From an uncultured delta proteobacterium (GTDB lineage: Bacteria; Myxococcota_A; UBA9160; SMWR01): a DNA stretch of 64,000 nucleotides. This document shows, one piece after another, positions 1 through 9,828 of this stretch. Both the position numbers and the translations under genes were made by a program. Position 1 is the first letter of the stretch; every line of letters begins with the position of its first letter. Where the stretch lies: contig CAWHTE010000003.1 of NCBI GenBank assembly GCA_963832165.1, forward strand, positions 320,001 through 384,000, in the 5' to 3' direction. Under the pieces are notes generated by a model. It searched no databases and was not told the origin of the DNA. It saw only the letters and a list, made by a program, of their open reading frames with translations.

Positions 1-2
1 CG

Positions 3-1169
3 CTCGACTACGGCCGCCGGTCGCAGCGCTTCTTCATCAACATCGCCGATCCCTACTTCCTCGGCTCTACCTACAGCCTGTCGACGACGCTCTCGCGCAC
101 GAGCCTCGACTACGAGGACTTCGAGCAGGAGCAGTCCGGTATCGACGTCGTGCTCGGCCATACGCTCAACGAGGAGGGCACCACGCGCGGCTTCCTGCGC
201 TACGGGTTCGATCTGCGCAATCTCGAGGACGACCGCAACGTGAACGCCGCGGGGCTGATCCTGCGCGAGATCCTCCAGGACGACGTCTCGAGCAGCGTGG
301 TGGGCGTGTCGGTGATCTCGGATACGCGCGACGATCGGCTCGCTCCGACGGCGGGACACCAGATCGGCGGCTCGCTCGAGGGCTCCGGAATCGGCGGCTT
401 CTCGCGCTTCGCCCGGCTCGAGGGGCGCGCGGTGTACTTCCTCGGGGCGCCGAACTGGCTGTTCGACCGGTCGAGCTTCGTGGTGGCGGTGCGCGCGGGC
501 TGGGCGGTCCCGTTCAACCAGATCGGCGACTTCGACACCTTCAATCCGCTGGCCATCGACGCGACGCTGCTCGCGACGAGTCCCCAGTTCCGCCGCCTCG
601 AAGACGTCGACGACGACCTCACGCTGCCGCTCACCGAGCGCTATTTCCTCGGCGGTCTCGGGCAATTCCAGCTGCGCGGGTTCAAGGCGCGTTCGGTCGG
701 ACCGCGGCGCGCGATCCTGCGCCAGATCGGCGGCAACGTCTTCGCGCCGGTCGGCTACAACGCGCTCACGGGTCAGTGCGAAGACTTCGGCTCCAACTTC
801 GTCTTCGGCGGCAATCTCGACGGCGAGTGCAACGACATCAACGATCGCGACGTCGACGACTTCGAGGATCTCGACGAGACCGACGTGATCGGAGGCAACA
901 AGTTCTCCTCGGCGAGCTTCGAGTATCGCTTCCCGATCTCGGAGACGATCGGTCTCCAGGGCGTGGCGTTCATCGACATGGGCAACGCCTTCGACGAGCG
1001 CCAGTGGAACCTGTTTGACGTTACCGAGTGGCGCTACGGTACGGGCGCGGGCGTCCAATGGTTCTCGCCTTTCGGACCTCTCGCGGTCGTGTTGGGGTTC
1101 CCGCTGGACCGGCTCTCCGTGGAAAAATCTCCGGTCTTCGAGTTCTCCATCGGCGGTTCGGCGTTCTAG
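3..1169 (+). CDS. bamA: Outer membrane protein assembly factor BamA, 3' part (truncated by the window start)
   Basis: Frame open from position 3 (LDYGRRSQRFFINIADPYFLG). Omp85 barrel motifs ERYFLGG, LRGF, GGN and WFSPFGPL, with a C-terminal Phe. Lies upstream of skp and lpxA. Confidence 0.95.
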   Translation, partial: LDYGRRSQRFFINIADPYFLGSTYSLSTTLSRTSLDYEDFEQEQSGIDVVLGHTLNEEGTTRGFLRYGFDLRNLEDDRNVNAAGLILREILQDDVSSSVVGVSVISDTRDDRLAPTAGHQIGGSLEGSGIGGFSRFARLEGRAVYFLGAPNWLFDRSSFVVAVRAGWAVPFNQIGDFDTFNPLAIDATLLATSPQFRRLEDVDDDLTLPLTERYFLGGLGQFQLRGFKARSVGPRRAILRQIGGNVFAPVGYNALTGQCEDFGSNFVFGGNLDGECNDINDRDVDDFEDLDETDVIGGNKFSSASFEYRFPISETIGLQGVAFIDMGNAFDERQWNLFDVTEWRYGTGAGVQWFSPFGPLAVVLGFPLDRLSVEKSPVFEFSIGGSAF

Positions 1170-1276
1170 CGCGGCCCGGGCGATCCCACGGGGAGCCACA
1201 GCCCGGAATGAGCGATATGTTCGCGCGGTTCAGCGGCCCGCCGCGGCAGATCTCGGTTGGGTGGAGAGGGGGAAAC

Positions 1277-1798
1277 ATGCAGATCCACAAGGCTTTCGTG
1301 CTACTCGCGCTCGCGGCGATCCTGGTCTGGGGCACCGCTGCACAAGACGACGGGATCAAGATCGGCATCGTCGACATCGATCAGGCGATCAGCTCGACCA
1401 CCGAGGGCAAGGCGGCGCGCGAGGAGTTCGCCCGCAAGCAGCGCGAGGCCGAGTCGAAGATCCAGCCCATGATCGAGAAGTATCAGGGGCTCGAAGAGGA
1501 TCTGAAGCAGAAGAAGTTCGTGCTCTCCGACGAGGCGCTGTTCCAGAAGCAGCTCGACCTCGCGCAGATGCGCAACGAGATCGAGACCAAGATGAAGGAG
1601 CTCGAGGGCCAGCTCCAGCTCGATCAGAAGCGGCTCGAAGGGCCGCTCACCAAGAAGCTCGTGGACGTGATCGAGGGAGCGGGCAAGGAGGCGGGCTTCA
1701 CGATGATCCTGCGCCGCGGCTCGCCGGGTCTGCTCTACACCCGCGAAGCGCTCGACATCACGGACCTGATCATCAAGAAGTACAACCAGAAGAGCTGA
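1277..1798 (+). CDS. skp: OmpH/Skp periplasmic chaperone
   Basis: ATG after GAGAGGGGG; signal peptide; KIGIVD motif; coiled coil; C-terminal DITDLII. Confidence 0.92.
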   Translation: MQIHKAFVLLALAAILVWGTAAQDDGIKIGIVDIDQAISSTTEGKAAREEFARKQREAESKIQPMIEKYQGLEEDLKQKKFVLSDEALFQKQLDLAQMRNEIETKMKELEGQLQLDQKRLEGPLTKKLVDVIEGAGKEAGFTMILRRGSPGLLYTREALDITDLIIKKYNQKS

Positions 1799-1806
1799 GT
1801 CGAGCC

Positions 1807-2583
1807 GTGCCGAACATCCATCCGACGGCGGTCGTCGATCCGGGGGCGAAGCTCGCCGACGACGTCACGGTCGGAGCGCTCTCGACGATCGGGAGCGAGG
1901 TCGAGATCGGCCCGGGCGTCGAGATCGGGCCGCAGGTGTGCATCACGGGCCGCACGCGGATCGGCGCGCGCACGCGGATCTTCCCGTTCGCAGCGATCGG
2001 GCTCACGCCCCAGGTGCTCGGCTTCGACGGCCGCGCTGGCGAGCTCGTGATCGGCGAGGACAACGAGATCCGCGAGCACGTCTCGATCCACGTCGGACTC
2101 CCCGACCACGGCGGCGTCACCTCGCTCGGTCACCACAATCTGATCCAGAACGGTTTCCACATCGCCCACGACTGCCAGATCGGCAACTACTGCGTGTTCG
2201 CGGGCATGAGCGGGTTCGCCGGGCACTGCATCGTGGAGGACTTCGCCGTGGTGGGCGCGATGTCGGGGGTCCACCAGTTCGTGCGGATCGGCGAGTCTGC
2301 GTTCACGGCCGCCAACTCGATCGCGACCAAGGACGTCCCGCCGTTCGCAAGGGTCGCGGGTGACCGCGCGCGCTTCGTCGGTATCAACACGATCAACCTG
2401 GAGCGGCGCGGCTTCGACAAGGAGCGGATCGCCACGATCAAGCACGCCTACCATCTGCTGTTCCAGTCGAAGCTCCAGTTCGAAGAGGCGTGCAAACGCG
2501 TGGAAAGCGAATGCGGCGGATCGCGCGACGTGCAGCACCTGCTCGGGTTCCTGCGCTCGTCCGAACGCGGATTCATCCGCTAA
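1807..2583 (+). CDS. lpxA: Acyl-ACP--UDP-N-acetylglucosamine O-acyltransferase
   Basis: GTG start; IHPTAVVDPGA; hexapeptide repeats; HIAHDC, VHQF and GINTINLERRGF motifs. Confidence 0.95.
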   Translation: MPNIHPTAVVDPGAKLADDVTVGALSTIGSEVEIGPGVEIGPQVCITGRTRIGARTRIFPFAAIGLTPQVLGFDGRAGELVIGEDNEIREHVSIHVGLPDHGGVTSLGHHNLIQNGFHIAHDCQIGNYCVFAGMSGFAGHCIVEDFAVVGAMSGVHQFVRIGESAFTAANSIATKDVPPFARVAGDRARFVGINTINLERRGFDKERIATIKHAYHLLFQSKLQFEEACKRVESECGGSRDVQHLLGFLRSSERGFIR

Positions 2584-2587
2584 GAGC

Positions 2588-3430
2588 ATGTCGCAGCCCG
2601 GCTCGGGCGAGATTCTCGGCTTGATCGCGGGCCAGGGGGCATTCCCCCTGGAGGTCGCGCGCATGGCGCAGCGGCGCGGCGTGCGCGTGGCGTGCGTGGC
2701 GCTGCGCGAACAGGCGCGCCCCGAGATCGAGAGCGCGGTCGAGTCGATCACCTGGATCTATCCGGGTGAGGTCGCGGCGGGGATCGCCGCGTTTCGCGCC
2801 GCGGGCGTGCGCGACGTGGTGATGGCCGGCAAAGTCGGCAAGAGCGATCTGTTCTCGAATCCGGACGCGCTGCGTCTCGACGCGAGCGCCGCGGGGTTGA
2901 TGAACGACCTCGCCGACCGCAAGGACGACTCGATCCTCGGCAAGCTGGCCGATTTCCTCGAGGCGGTCGGTCTGCGCCTCTTGCCGCAGTACGCGCTGAC
3001 GCCGGAGCTGCTGGTGGCCGAGGGAGTGCTCACGCGCACGCAGCCCAGCGACGCGCAGCGCGCCGACATCGCATTCGGGTTTCCGATCGCCAAGGCGATC
3101 GGCGATCTCGACATCGGCCAGACGGTCGTGGTGAAGGACCGCGCCGTGCTCGCCGTGGAGGCGATCGAGGGCACCGACGCCGCGATCCGTCGCGCCGGCG
3201 CGATCGCCGCGGGCGCGTGCGCCGTGAAGGTGGCGAAGCCGAGCCAGGACCCGCGCTTCGACGTGCCGACGATCGGGCCCGCAACGGTCGCGGTGCTCGC
3301 GGAGGCGAAGATTGCGGTGCTCGCGATCGAGGCCGGCGCCACCGTGGTGCTCGAGCGCGATGCGGTCGTGCGCGAGGCTGACGCGCACGGGATCGCGATC
3401 GTGGCGGTGCGTGCAGGAGGTGTCGCATGA
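2588..3430 (+). CDS. lpxI: UDP-2,3-diacylglucosamine diphosphatase LpxI
   Basis: GLIAGQGAFP, DIGQTVVV, AVEAIEGTD and KPSQDPRFDVPTIG motifs; directly after lpxA. Confidence 0.92.
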   Translation: MSQPGSGEILGLIAGQGAFPLEVARMAQRRGVRVACVALREQARPEIESAVESITWIYPGEVAAGIAAFRAAGVRDVVMAGKVGKSDLFSNPDALRLDASAAGLMNDLADRKDDSILGKLADFLEAVGLRLLPQYALTPELLVAEGVLTRTQPSDAQRADIAFGFPIAKAIGDLDIGQTVVVKDRAVLAVEAIEGTDAAIRRAGAIAAGACAVKVAKPSQDPRFDVPTIGPATVAVLAEAKIAVLAIEAGATVVLERDAVVREADAHGIAIVAVRAGGVA

Positions 3431-4392
3431 GCGCGCTGCGGATCGCGGTGATCGGCGCAGGGGTGATGGGCGGGCATCACGCGCGCAAAGTGCGCGACCG
3501 CGCGCACCGCGAGGGCGACGTCGCGTTGTCCGGGATCTGTGACGTCGACTTCGAACGCGCGCGCGTGCTCGCGGGTAGCGTCGGCGCGCCTGCGGTCGAG
3601 AAGCCGACTGAGCTGTTCGCGGGCGCGGACGCGGCGATCGTCGCGGTGTCGGCCGTCGCGCACTACGAGGTGGCGCGCCGCGCGCTCGAAGCGGGCCTCG
3701 ACGTGCTCGTCGAGAAACCGATCGCCGCCACGCTCGAAGAGGCCGAGACGCTCGTGGCGCTCGCGGCGAGCCGCGAGCGCGTGCTCCAGGTTGGACACCA
3801 GGAGTGGTTCAACGCGGCGATGCGCGTGGTGCGCGAGCAGATCGATCGCCCGCGATTCGCCGAGATCCACCGGCTCGGGCCGTTCCCGGAGCGCGGGACC
3901 GACGTGGACGTCGTACGCGACCTGATGATCCACGACATCGAGATCCTGCAGCAGCTGCTCGGCGCCGAGCCGGAGCGCGTGGATGCGGTGGGGGTCGAGG
4001 TGCTCACGGATCAAGTCGACATCGCGAACGCGCGGCTCGCGTTCCCGGGCACCTGCATCGCGAACCTGACCGCGAGCCGCGTCTCGGCCGCGCCGATGCG
4101 CAAGTTCCGGCTGTTCCAGCGCGACGCCTACTTCTCGATCGACTTCCTGGCCCAGAAGGCGATGCTGTTCCGGCGCGTACCGACGCCGGACGGCGGCAAG
4201 AAGATCGAGATGCAGGCGCTCGATACCGACCCCGAGGACGCGCTCGCGGCGCAGCTCGATGTGTTCGTCTCGGGCGTGCGCCGCCGCAGCGCCGAAGGCC
4301 TGCCCGGCGTCACGGGTGCGCAGGCGGCGTCCGCGCTGCGCACCGCGCTGCGCGTGATCGACGCGATGCCGGATACCGACAACCTCGAATGA
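3427..4392 (+). CDS. Gfo/Idh/MocA oxidoreductase, probable GnnA-like UDP-GlcNAc 3-dehydrogenase
   Basis: GAGVMG Rossmann motif, VEKP, DLMIHD; sits between lpxI and lpxB with ATGA overlaps at both ends. Confidence 0.8.
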   Translation: MSALRIAVIGAGVMGGHHARKVRDRAHREGDVALSGICDVDFERARVLAGSVGAPAVEKPTELFAGADAAIVAVSAVAHYEVARRALEAGLDVLVEKPIAATLEEAETLVALAASRERVLQVGHQEWFNAAMRVVREQIDRPRFAEIHRLGPFPERGTDVDVVRDLMIHDIEILQQLLGAEPERVDAVGVEVLTDQVDIANARLAFPGTCIANLTASRVSAAPMRKFRLFQRDAYFSIDFLAQKAMLFRRVPTPDGGKKIEMQALDTDPEDALAAQLDVFVSGVRRRSAEGLPGVTGAQAASALRTALRVIDAMPDTDNLE

Positions 4393-5555
4393 GCACGGTC
4401 CTGCTATCCGTGGGCGACGCCTCGGGCGACGTCTACGCCAGCGACTTCGTGCGCGAGCTGCGCGCGCGCATACCCGACGCGCGCTTCCTGGGACTCGGCG
4501 GGGCCGAGATGGAGAAGGCCGGCGTCGAGCTGGTCGTGCACCAGCGCGAAGTCGCGGTGAGCGGGTTGTTCGAGCTGATCCCCGACCTGCATCGGATCGT
4601 CAGCGCATGGCGGCGCATGACCGCCGCGCTGCGCGAGGTTCGCCCCGACCTCGTGGTGTTGGTCGACTCGTCGGGCTTCAACATCCCGTTCGCGCGCCGC
4701 GCGCGCCGGCTCGGCTGTCCGACGCTCTACTACGTCTCGCCCCAGGTGTGGGCGTGGCGCACCGGGCGCATCCGCAAGCTCGCGCGCTGGGTGAACCAGC
4801 TCGCCGTGATCTTTCCGTTCGAGCCGGCCGTCTACGAGGGGACGCGCGTGCCCGTCGAGTACGTGGGGCATCCACTCGTGGAGCGGCTCGCGCGTGTGAC
4901 CGCGAGCGTCGATCGAGAGAGCGCGCGCCGCGAGCTCGGCCTGCCCGCGTCCGCGCGCATCGTGGCGCTCCTGCCGGGGAGCCGCGGCAGCGAGCTGCGC
5001 TACGTGCTGCCGCTGCAGCTCGAGGTGGCGCGCGTGCTGCACGCGCGCGACCCGCGCATCCACTTCATCCTGCCGCGCGCCGCATCGCTCGCGCGCGAGA
5101 CGGTCGAGGCGGGCATTCGCGCTGCACATCTGCCCTCGCTGCTGCATGTCGACGTGCTCGACGGCCGCTCGCAGGTCGCGATGCGCGCGGCCGACGTCGC
5201 ACTGCTCAAGCCCGGCACCTCGACGCTCGAGGCCGCGCTGCTCGACTGCCCGATCGTCGTGGCCGCGCGCACCAACCCCCTCACGGCGTGGATCCTGCGC
5301 CGACTCGTTCGCGTCGAGACGCTCACGATGCCCAATCTGATCGCGGGCGAGGCGATCGTGCCCGAGTTCCTACAAAACGACGCGCGCCCCGAGGCGGTTG
5401 CAGACGCGGTCCTCGCGCTGCTCGAAGGGCCCGCGCGCGACGCGCAGCGCGCGCGGCTGGCCGTCGTGCGTCAGACGCTCGCCAAGGGCGGCGCTGCGGC
5501 GCGCGCCGCCGAGATCGCGGCGGGGATGATGGGTGGTGGGCGTCTTCCGGCATAG
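4389..5555 (+). CDS. lpxB: Lipid-A-disaccharide synthase
   Basis: GDASGD, YYVSPQVWAWR, IFPFE, VGHPL, LLPGSR and GTSTLE motifs. Confidence 0.95.
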   Translation: MSTVLLSVGDASGDVYASDFVRELRARIPDARFLGLGGAEMEKAGVELVVHQREVAVSGLFELIPDLHRIVSAWRRMTAALREVRPDLVVLVDSSGFNIPFARRARRLGCPTLYYVSPQVWAWRTGRIRKLARWVNQLAVIFPFEPAVYEGTRVPVEYVGHPLVERLARVTASVDRESARRELGLPASARIVALLPGSRGSELRYVLPLQLEVARVLHARDPRIHFILPRAASLARETVEAGIRAAHLPSLLHVDVLDGRSQVAMRAADVALLKPGTSTLEAALLDCPIVVAARTNPLTAWILRRLVRVETLTMPNLIAGEAIVPEFLQNDARPEAVADAVLALLEGPARDAQRARLAVVRQTLAKGGAAARAAEIAAGMMGGGRLPA

Positions 5556-6795
5556 CGCCGCGGCGCTCTCGGCCGCGCTCGCTGCGCCCGTGGCCGCGGG
5601 TGCGCTGGCGCTGCGCCCGCGCTGGCGCGCCGGGTGGCGCGAGCGGATCGGCGCGGGCCCGATCGCCGCGGATGCGCTCTGGATCCACGCCGCGAGCGTG
5701 GGCGAGGTGAGCGCATCGGCGCGGCTCGTCGAGCTCCTGCGCGCCCACGGTCGCGCGGTGATGCTCTCGACCACGAGTCCGACCGGACGCGCGCTGTGCG
5801 CGCAGCTGCATCCCGGGGTGGCGCACCGGCTCGCTCCGCTCGACCACCCGTGGTGTGTCGACGCGGTGATGCGACGCGCGCGCCCGCGCGCGCTCGTGCT
5901 CGTGGAGACGGAGCTCTGGCCGGTGTGGATCGCGGCGTGCGAGCGGCGCGGTGTGCCCGTGGTGGTGGTCTCGGGCCGGATCTCGGATCGCTCGCTGCCG
6001 CGCTATCGCTGGCTCGGTCCGTGGCTCGCAAACGCCTTCGCGCGGCTCTCCGCGATCGGCGCGCGCACCGAGCAGGACCGGGATCGCTTCGTCGCGCTCG
6101 GCGCCGATCCCGCTCGCGTGCGCGTGACCGGAGACCTCAAGCTCGATCCGCCCGACATACCGCGTCAGCTCGCACCCGATCTCGAGGCGTGGCTCGGCGA
6201 CGCACCCCTCGTGGTCGCGGGCAGCACGCATCCCGGCGAGGAGGAGGCGCTGCTCGCGGCGCAGCGCGCCTGGGAGCACGCGGGGCAGCGCGCGGCGCTG
6301 ATCCTCGCCCCGCGCCATCCCCAGCGCGCTGCCGAGGTGGTCGCGCTCGCGCAGCGCGCGGGCCGGCGCGCGCTGCTGCGCAGCGATCGCGGAGACGAGG
6401 TGCTCGCGGCGGGTGACGTCGGCGTGCTCGACACGATCGGCGAGCTCAGCGCGCTCTACGCGCGCGCGGCGATCGCGTACGTGGGCGGGACGCTGGTTCC
6501 GATCGGTGGACACAACGTGCTCGAGCCCGTCGCGGCGGGTACGCCCGTCGTGTACGGAGGCCAGATCGCCAACGCGCGACACGCGGCAGAGCTGCTCGAG
6601 TCCCTGGGCGCTGGCGAGCGCGTCGCGGACGCGGCCGCGCTCGCCGATGCGCTCACGGCCGCGCTCGCGGCTCCCGATGCCGCGCGCGCGCGCGGCGCGG
6701 CGGGCCGGGCCGCGCTCGCGGCGCACCGGGGCAGCAGCGAGCGATCCGCGGCGCTGATCGAAGAGGTGATCGGCGCTCGCGGAGCAGGGGGTTAG
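5533..6795 (+). CDS. waaA: 3-deoxy-D-manno-octulosonic acid (Kdo) transferase
   Basis: WIHAASVGE, ETELWP, TGDLKLD, AGSTHPGE, APRHPQR and GGHNVLEP motifs. Start codon uncertain by a few codons. Confidence 0.93.
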   Translation: MVGVFRHSAAALSAALAAPVAAGALALRPRWRAGWRERIGAGPIAADALWIHAASVGEVSASARLVELLRAHGRAVMLSTTSPTGRALCAQLHPGVAHRLAPLDHPWCVDAVMRRARPRALVLVETELWPVWIAACERRGVPVVVVSGRISDRSLPRYRWLGPWLANAFARLSAIGARTEQDRDRFVALGADPARVRVTGDLKLDPPDIPRQLAPDLEAWLGDAPLVVAGSTHPGEEEALLAAQRAWEHAGQRAALILAPRHPQRAAEVVALAQRAGRRALLRSDRGDEVLAAGDVGVLDTIGELSALYARAAIAYVGGTLVPIGGHNVLEPVAAGTPVVYGGQIANARHAAELLESLGAGERVADAAALADALTAALAAPDAARARGAAGRAALAAHRGSSERSAALIEEVIGARGAGG

Positions 6796-6796
6796 G

Positions 6797-7855
6797 TTGC
6801 GTCCGCCCCGCTGGCTCGGCGAACGCAATGAATCGCTGGCGCTCCAGCTCGCGCTCGCCCCGCTCGACGTCGCGAGCTGGGTCTACGCGGGTGCTGCGTG
6901 GCTGCACCGCACCGCAGCCGAGCGCGGGATCACGCGGTCGCGCCGTCTCTCCGCGCGCGTCGTCTCCGTGGGCAACCTCGTGGTCGGCGGTACCGCGAAG
7001 ACGCCGCTCGCGGCATGGCTCGCGGCACAGCTGCGCCAGCGCGGCTGGAAGGTGGCGCTCGCGAGCCGTGGTTATGGGCGCGCGGGCCGCGAGCCGGTCG
7101 AGGTGGTGTCGGACGGGCGCTTCGTCCACGGCAGTGCGGCGACCGCGGGCGACGAGCCGATGCTGCTCGCGGCACAGGCGCCCGGGGTGCCGGTGCTGGT
7201 CGGGCGCGATCGCGGGATCGTGGGTCTGCGCGCGTTGTCGGCATTCGGCGCACAGGTGATCGTGCTCGACGACGGCTTTCAGCACCATCGGCTGCAGCGC
7301 GACATCGACGTGCTGACCTTCGACGGTGCGCTCGGTCTCGGCAACCGGCGCGTGTTGCCGCGCGGTCCCTTGCGCGAGTCGCTCACCGCGCTCGCGCGCG
7401 CCGACGCGATCGGCGTCGTGGACGGACCGCTCCCGGAGCGGGACGAAGGCGTGATCGCGTTCCGTGCGCCGCGCGCGTACCGCTTTGCGACGTACCGACG
7501 GCCCAGCGCGCTGCGTCCGCTCGCGGGCGGCGAGGCGCTGCCGCTCGCGGCGCTCTCGGGCGAGCGCGTGGGACTGCTCGCGGCGGTCGCGCGGCCCGAC
7601 TCGGTGCGCCGCACGCTCGAAGCGCTCGGCGCGCACGTGGTGGCCGAGCGGCTGTTCCGCGATCACCACCGCTACGTCGCGAGCGACCTCGTGGGACTCG
7701 CCGACCGGGCGCCTCGCTGGATCACCACAGAGAAGGACGCCGTGAAGCTCCTGCCCGCGTGGACGGGCCGCGCGCGCGTCGACGTGCTCGCGATTCAGCT
7801 CGAGGTCGACGAGCCCGACGCGCTGCTCGACTGGCTCGAGGCGCGGCTGCGCTGA
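6797..7855 (+). CDS. lpxK: Tetraacyldisaccharide 4'-kinase
   Basis: SVGNLVVGGTAKTP, SRGYG, GDEP, LDDGFQH, LPRGPLRE and TTEKDAVK motifs; TTG start. Confidence 0.93.
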   Translation: MRPPRWLGERNESLALQLALAPLDVASWVYAGAAWLHRTAAERGITRSRRLSARVVSVGNLVVGGTAKTPLAAWLAAQLRQRGWKVALASRGYGRAGREPVEVVSDGRFVHGSAATAGDEPMLLAAQAPGVPVLVGRDRGIVGLRALSAFGAQVIVLDDGFQHHRLQRDIDVLTFDGALGLGNRRVLPRGPLRESLTALARADAIGVVDGPLPERDEGVIAFRAPRAYRFATYRRPSALRPLAGGEALPLAALSGERVGLLAAVARPDSVRRTLEALGAHVVAERLFRDHHRYVASDLVGLADRAPRWITTEKDAVKLLPAWTGRARVDVLAIQLEVDEPDALLDWLEARLR

Positions 7856-7871
7856 GGCGCGACCGCACTTC

Positions 7872-8690
7872 TCACCGATACAGCCACCTGTGTCGCGCGA
7901 CGCGGCGGCGCTCGTGCGGCAGGTGCGCGAGCAGCGCGCGGCGCAGCGCGCGATCGCCCGCGCAGTAGGCGGCGAACGCGGCAGCACAGCCGCGCGCGCC
8001 GACCTGCTCGACGAGGCCGCGCTTGTAGAGCGCGCGCACGAGGCGCATCAGCTCGCGCATGCGGCGCGCCGGATCGGGCGGTGTGTCGGCGCGCGCGCGG
8101 TCGAGATCGATCACGAGCACTTCGAGATCCCTGCCGTGTTCACAGAGCAGCAGGTTCTTCACGTGCAGGTCCGCATGCGAGCCGCCCGCGTCGTGGAAGC
8201 GCCGGATCGCGGCTCCCGCGGCGCGCGCGCCGCGCAAGAGCTCGGCGCGCGCAGGCTGCGCCGCGAGCCATGCGATGCCGTCGCGCGCGCCCTCCACGTG
8301 CTGCGTTCCGAGAACGGCCGACCAGAGCGGGCCGCGCGAGCGGCGCGCCACCACGAGCACGGGCCGCGGCACGGGAGCTCCGGCCGCGAGCAGGCGCGCG
8401 GTCGCACGCAGCTCGGCCGCCGGGCGCGCGACGCCCCAGATCGTGTCGCGCCAGAGCGGTCCGAGCAGGCCGCCGTGGCGCACGGGCCGCAGGTGCACGC
8501 GCTCGGACCGGCCCGGCAGCGCGACGATCGCGGTCGCGGTGCGCCCACCCGCGGCGCTCGCGCGAAGCGCGCGCTCGACGGCACTCCACTCGGGCCAGCC
8601 CATCGCCGCGAGCGGATCGGCGAGCGCGGCGTCGACGAGCCAATAGAGCGCCGGCTCGCGGCGCTCGATCCAGCGCGGCGCGTCGCCCAC
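7872..8690 (-). CDS. Lipopolysaccharide kinase, Kdo kinase (KdkA)-like
   Basis: LRPVRHGGLLG, HADLHVKNLL and VIDLDRA kinase motifs; GTG start immediately after the lptF/G stop. Confidence 0.8.
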   Translation of the reverse strand: MGDAPRWIERREPALYWLVDAALADPLAAMGWPEWSAVERALRASAAGGRTATAIVALPGRSERVHLRPVRHGGLLGPLWRDTIWGVARPAAELRATARLLAAGAPVPRPVLVVARRSRGPLWSAVLGTQHVEGARDGIAWLAAQPARAELLRGARAAGAAIRRFHDAGGSHADLHVKNLLLCEHGRDLEVLVIDLDRARADTPPDPARRMRELMRLVRALYKRGLVEQVGARGCAAAFAAYCAGDRALRRALLAHLPHERRRVARHRWLYR

Positions 8691-8691
8691 G

Positions 8692-9807
8692 TCAGCTCGA
8701 GCGCCGCGCCCGCACCAGGAGCGCGAGGCCCATGGCCGCGAACCCGAGATTGGGCAGCCACATCGCGATCCGGGGCGGGAAGCCCTTCTCGGTGGCGAGC
8801 GACTCGCAGAGAGACTGCAGCGCGTAGTAGCCGAATGCGAGCACTGCGCACAACAGCGCGCCGTAGGAGCGTGCGCCGCGCTTGCGTTGCATGCCGAGCG
8901 GGACACCCACGAGCGCGAACAGCGCCGGTGCGGCCGGCAGTGCATAGCGGCGCTCGAGATGGGCCGCGTAGGCGGCCGGCTCCTCGCGCAGGTGCTCGCT
9001 GGTGCCGACCTCGATCCTCCCCACGGTCGCGCGAAGCTCCGCGAGCGACATCTCGCGCGGGCGCAGGGGGTAGAGCGGGCTCATGAGCTCCGCGACGTCG
9101 ATCTTGTACTCGAGCCGGTCGAACGCGACCCGCTGGTAGCGGTGGTCGTCTTCCTTGCGCGAGTCGATGTGGACGTCGCCGCGCTCGAGCGAGAGCTGGA
9201 GCTCGGCGTGCTCTTCGTCCAGGCGCAGCTCGCCGGTTTCGGCGAACACCAAAAAGGGTCGCTCGGGGTTGGTGCGGTCCGAGATCAGGATGCCGCGCAA
9301 ACGATTCTTGCCCTCGCGCTCGTCGACGTAGAGCGTGCGGTCCCCTACCGAGTTGAACCGACCCGGTTCCACGGACGCTCCGCGCACGAGCATCGTGCGC
9401 ACGGCTACCGACATCGCGCGGCGCGCCGCGGGCTCGACCTCGAGACAAAGCGCGAGGGTCGAGAGCGAGAGCAGCACGCCCAGGAGCGCGATCGGCCCGA
9501 GCAGGCCGCGGATGCCGACCCCGCACGCGCGCATCGCGGTGATCTCCACGTCGCCCGCCATGCGGCCGATTGCGAGCAGCACGCCGAACAGGAAGGAGAC
9601 CGGCAGCGCGTAGATCGCGAGCATCGTGGCGAACAGGCTCACCACGCGCAGCAGATCCTCGGCCACGAAGCCCGCGCCGATCAGCTCGTCGAGCACGCGC
9701 ACGACGCTGCGCGTCACCATCAGGATCGAGATCGCCGCGAGGCCGATCAGCGTGTACGACACGACCTCGCGCGTCACGTACAGGGACAGGGTGCGGGGCC
9801 AGCGCAT
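8692..9807 (-). CDS. LPS export ABC transporter permease, LptF/LptG family
   Basis: TLSLYVTRE, EITAMRACG, six hydrophobic segments around a periplasmic domain, C-terminal WLPN. Confidence 0.88.
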   Translation of the reverse strand: MRWPRTLSLYVTREVVSYTLIGLAAISILMVTRSVVRVLDELIGAGFVAEDLLRVVSLFATMLAIYALPVSFLFGVLLAIGRMAGDVEITAMRACGVGIRGLLGPIALLGVLLSLSTLALCLEVEPAARRAMSVAVRTMLVRGASVEPGRFNSVGDRTLYVDEREGKNRLRGILISDRTNPERPFLVFAETGELRLDEEHAELQLSLERGDVHIDSRKEDDHRYQRVAFDRLEYKIDVAELMSPLYPLRPREMSLAELRATVGRIEVGTSEHLREEPAAYAAHLERRYALPAAPALFALVGVPLGMQRKRGARSYGALLCAVLAFGYYALQSLCESLATEKGFPPRIAMWLPNLGFAAMGLALLVRARRSS

Positions 9808-9828
9808 GCGCGCCAATCCTATCTCGCC

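Noticed and set aside
670..900. Cys pair and Asp-rich insert in BamA loop 6 as a novel metal-binding module
   Set aside because: E. coli BamA also has an acidic, two-Cys insertion after the VRGF motif, and this loop is known to vary in length.
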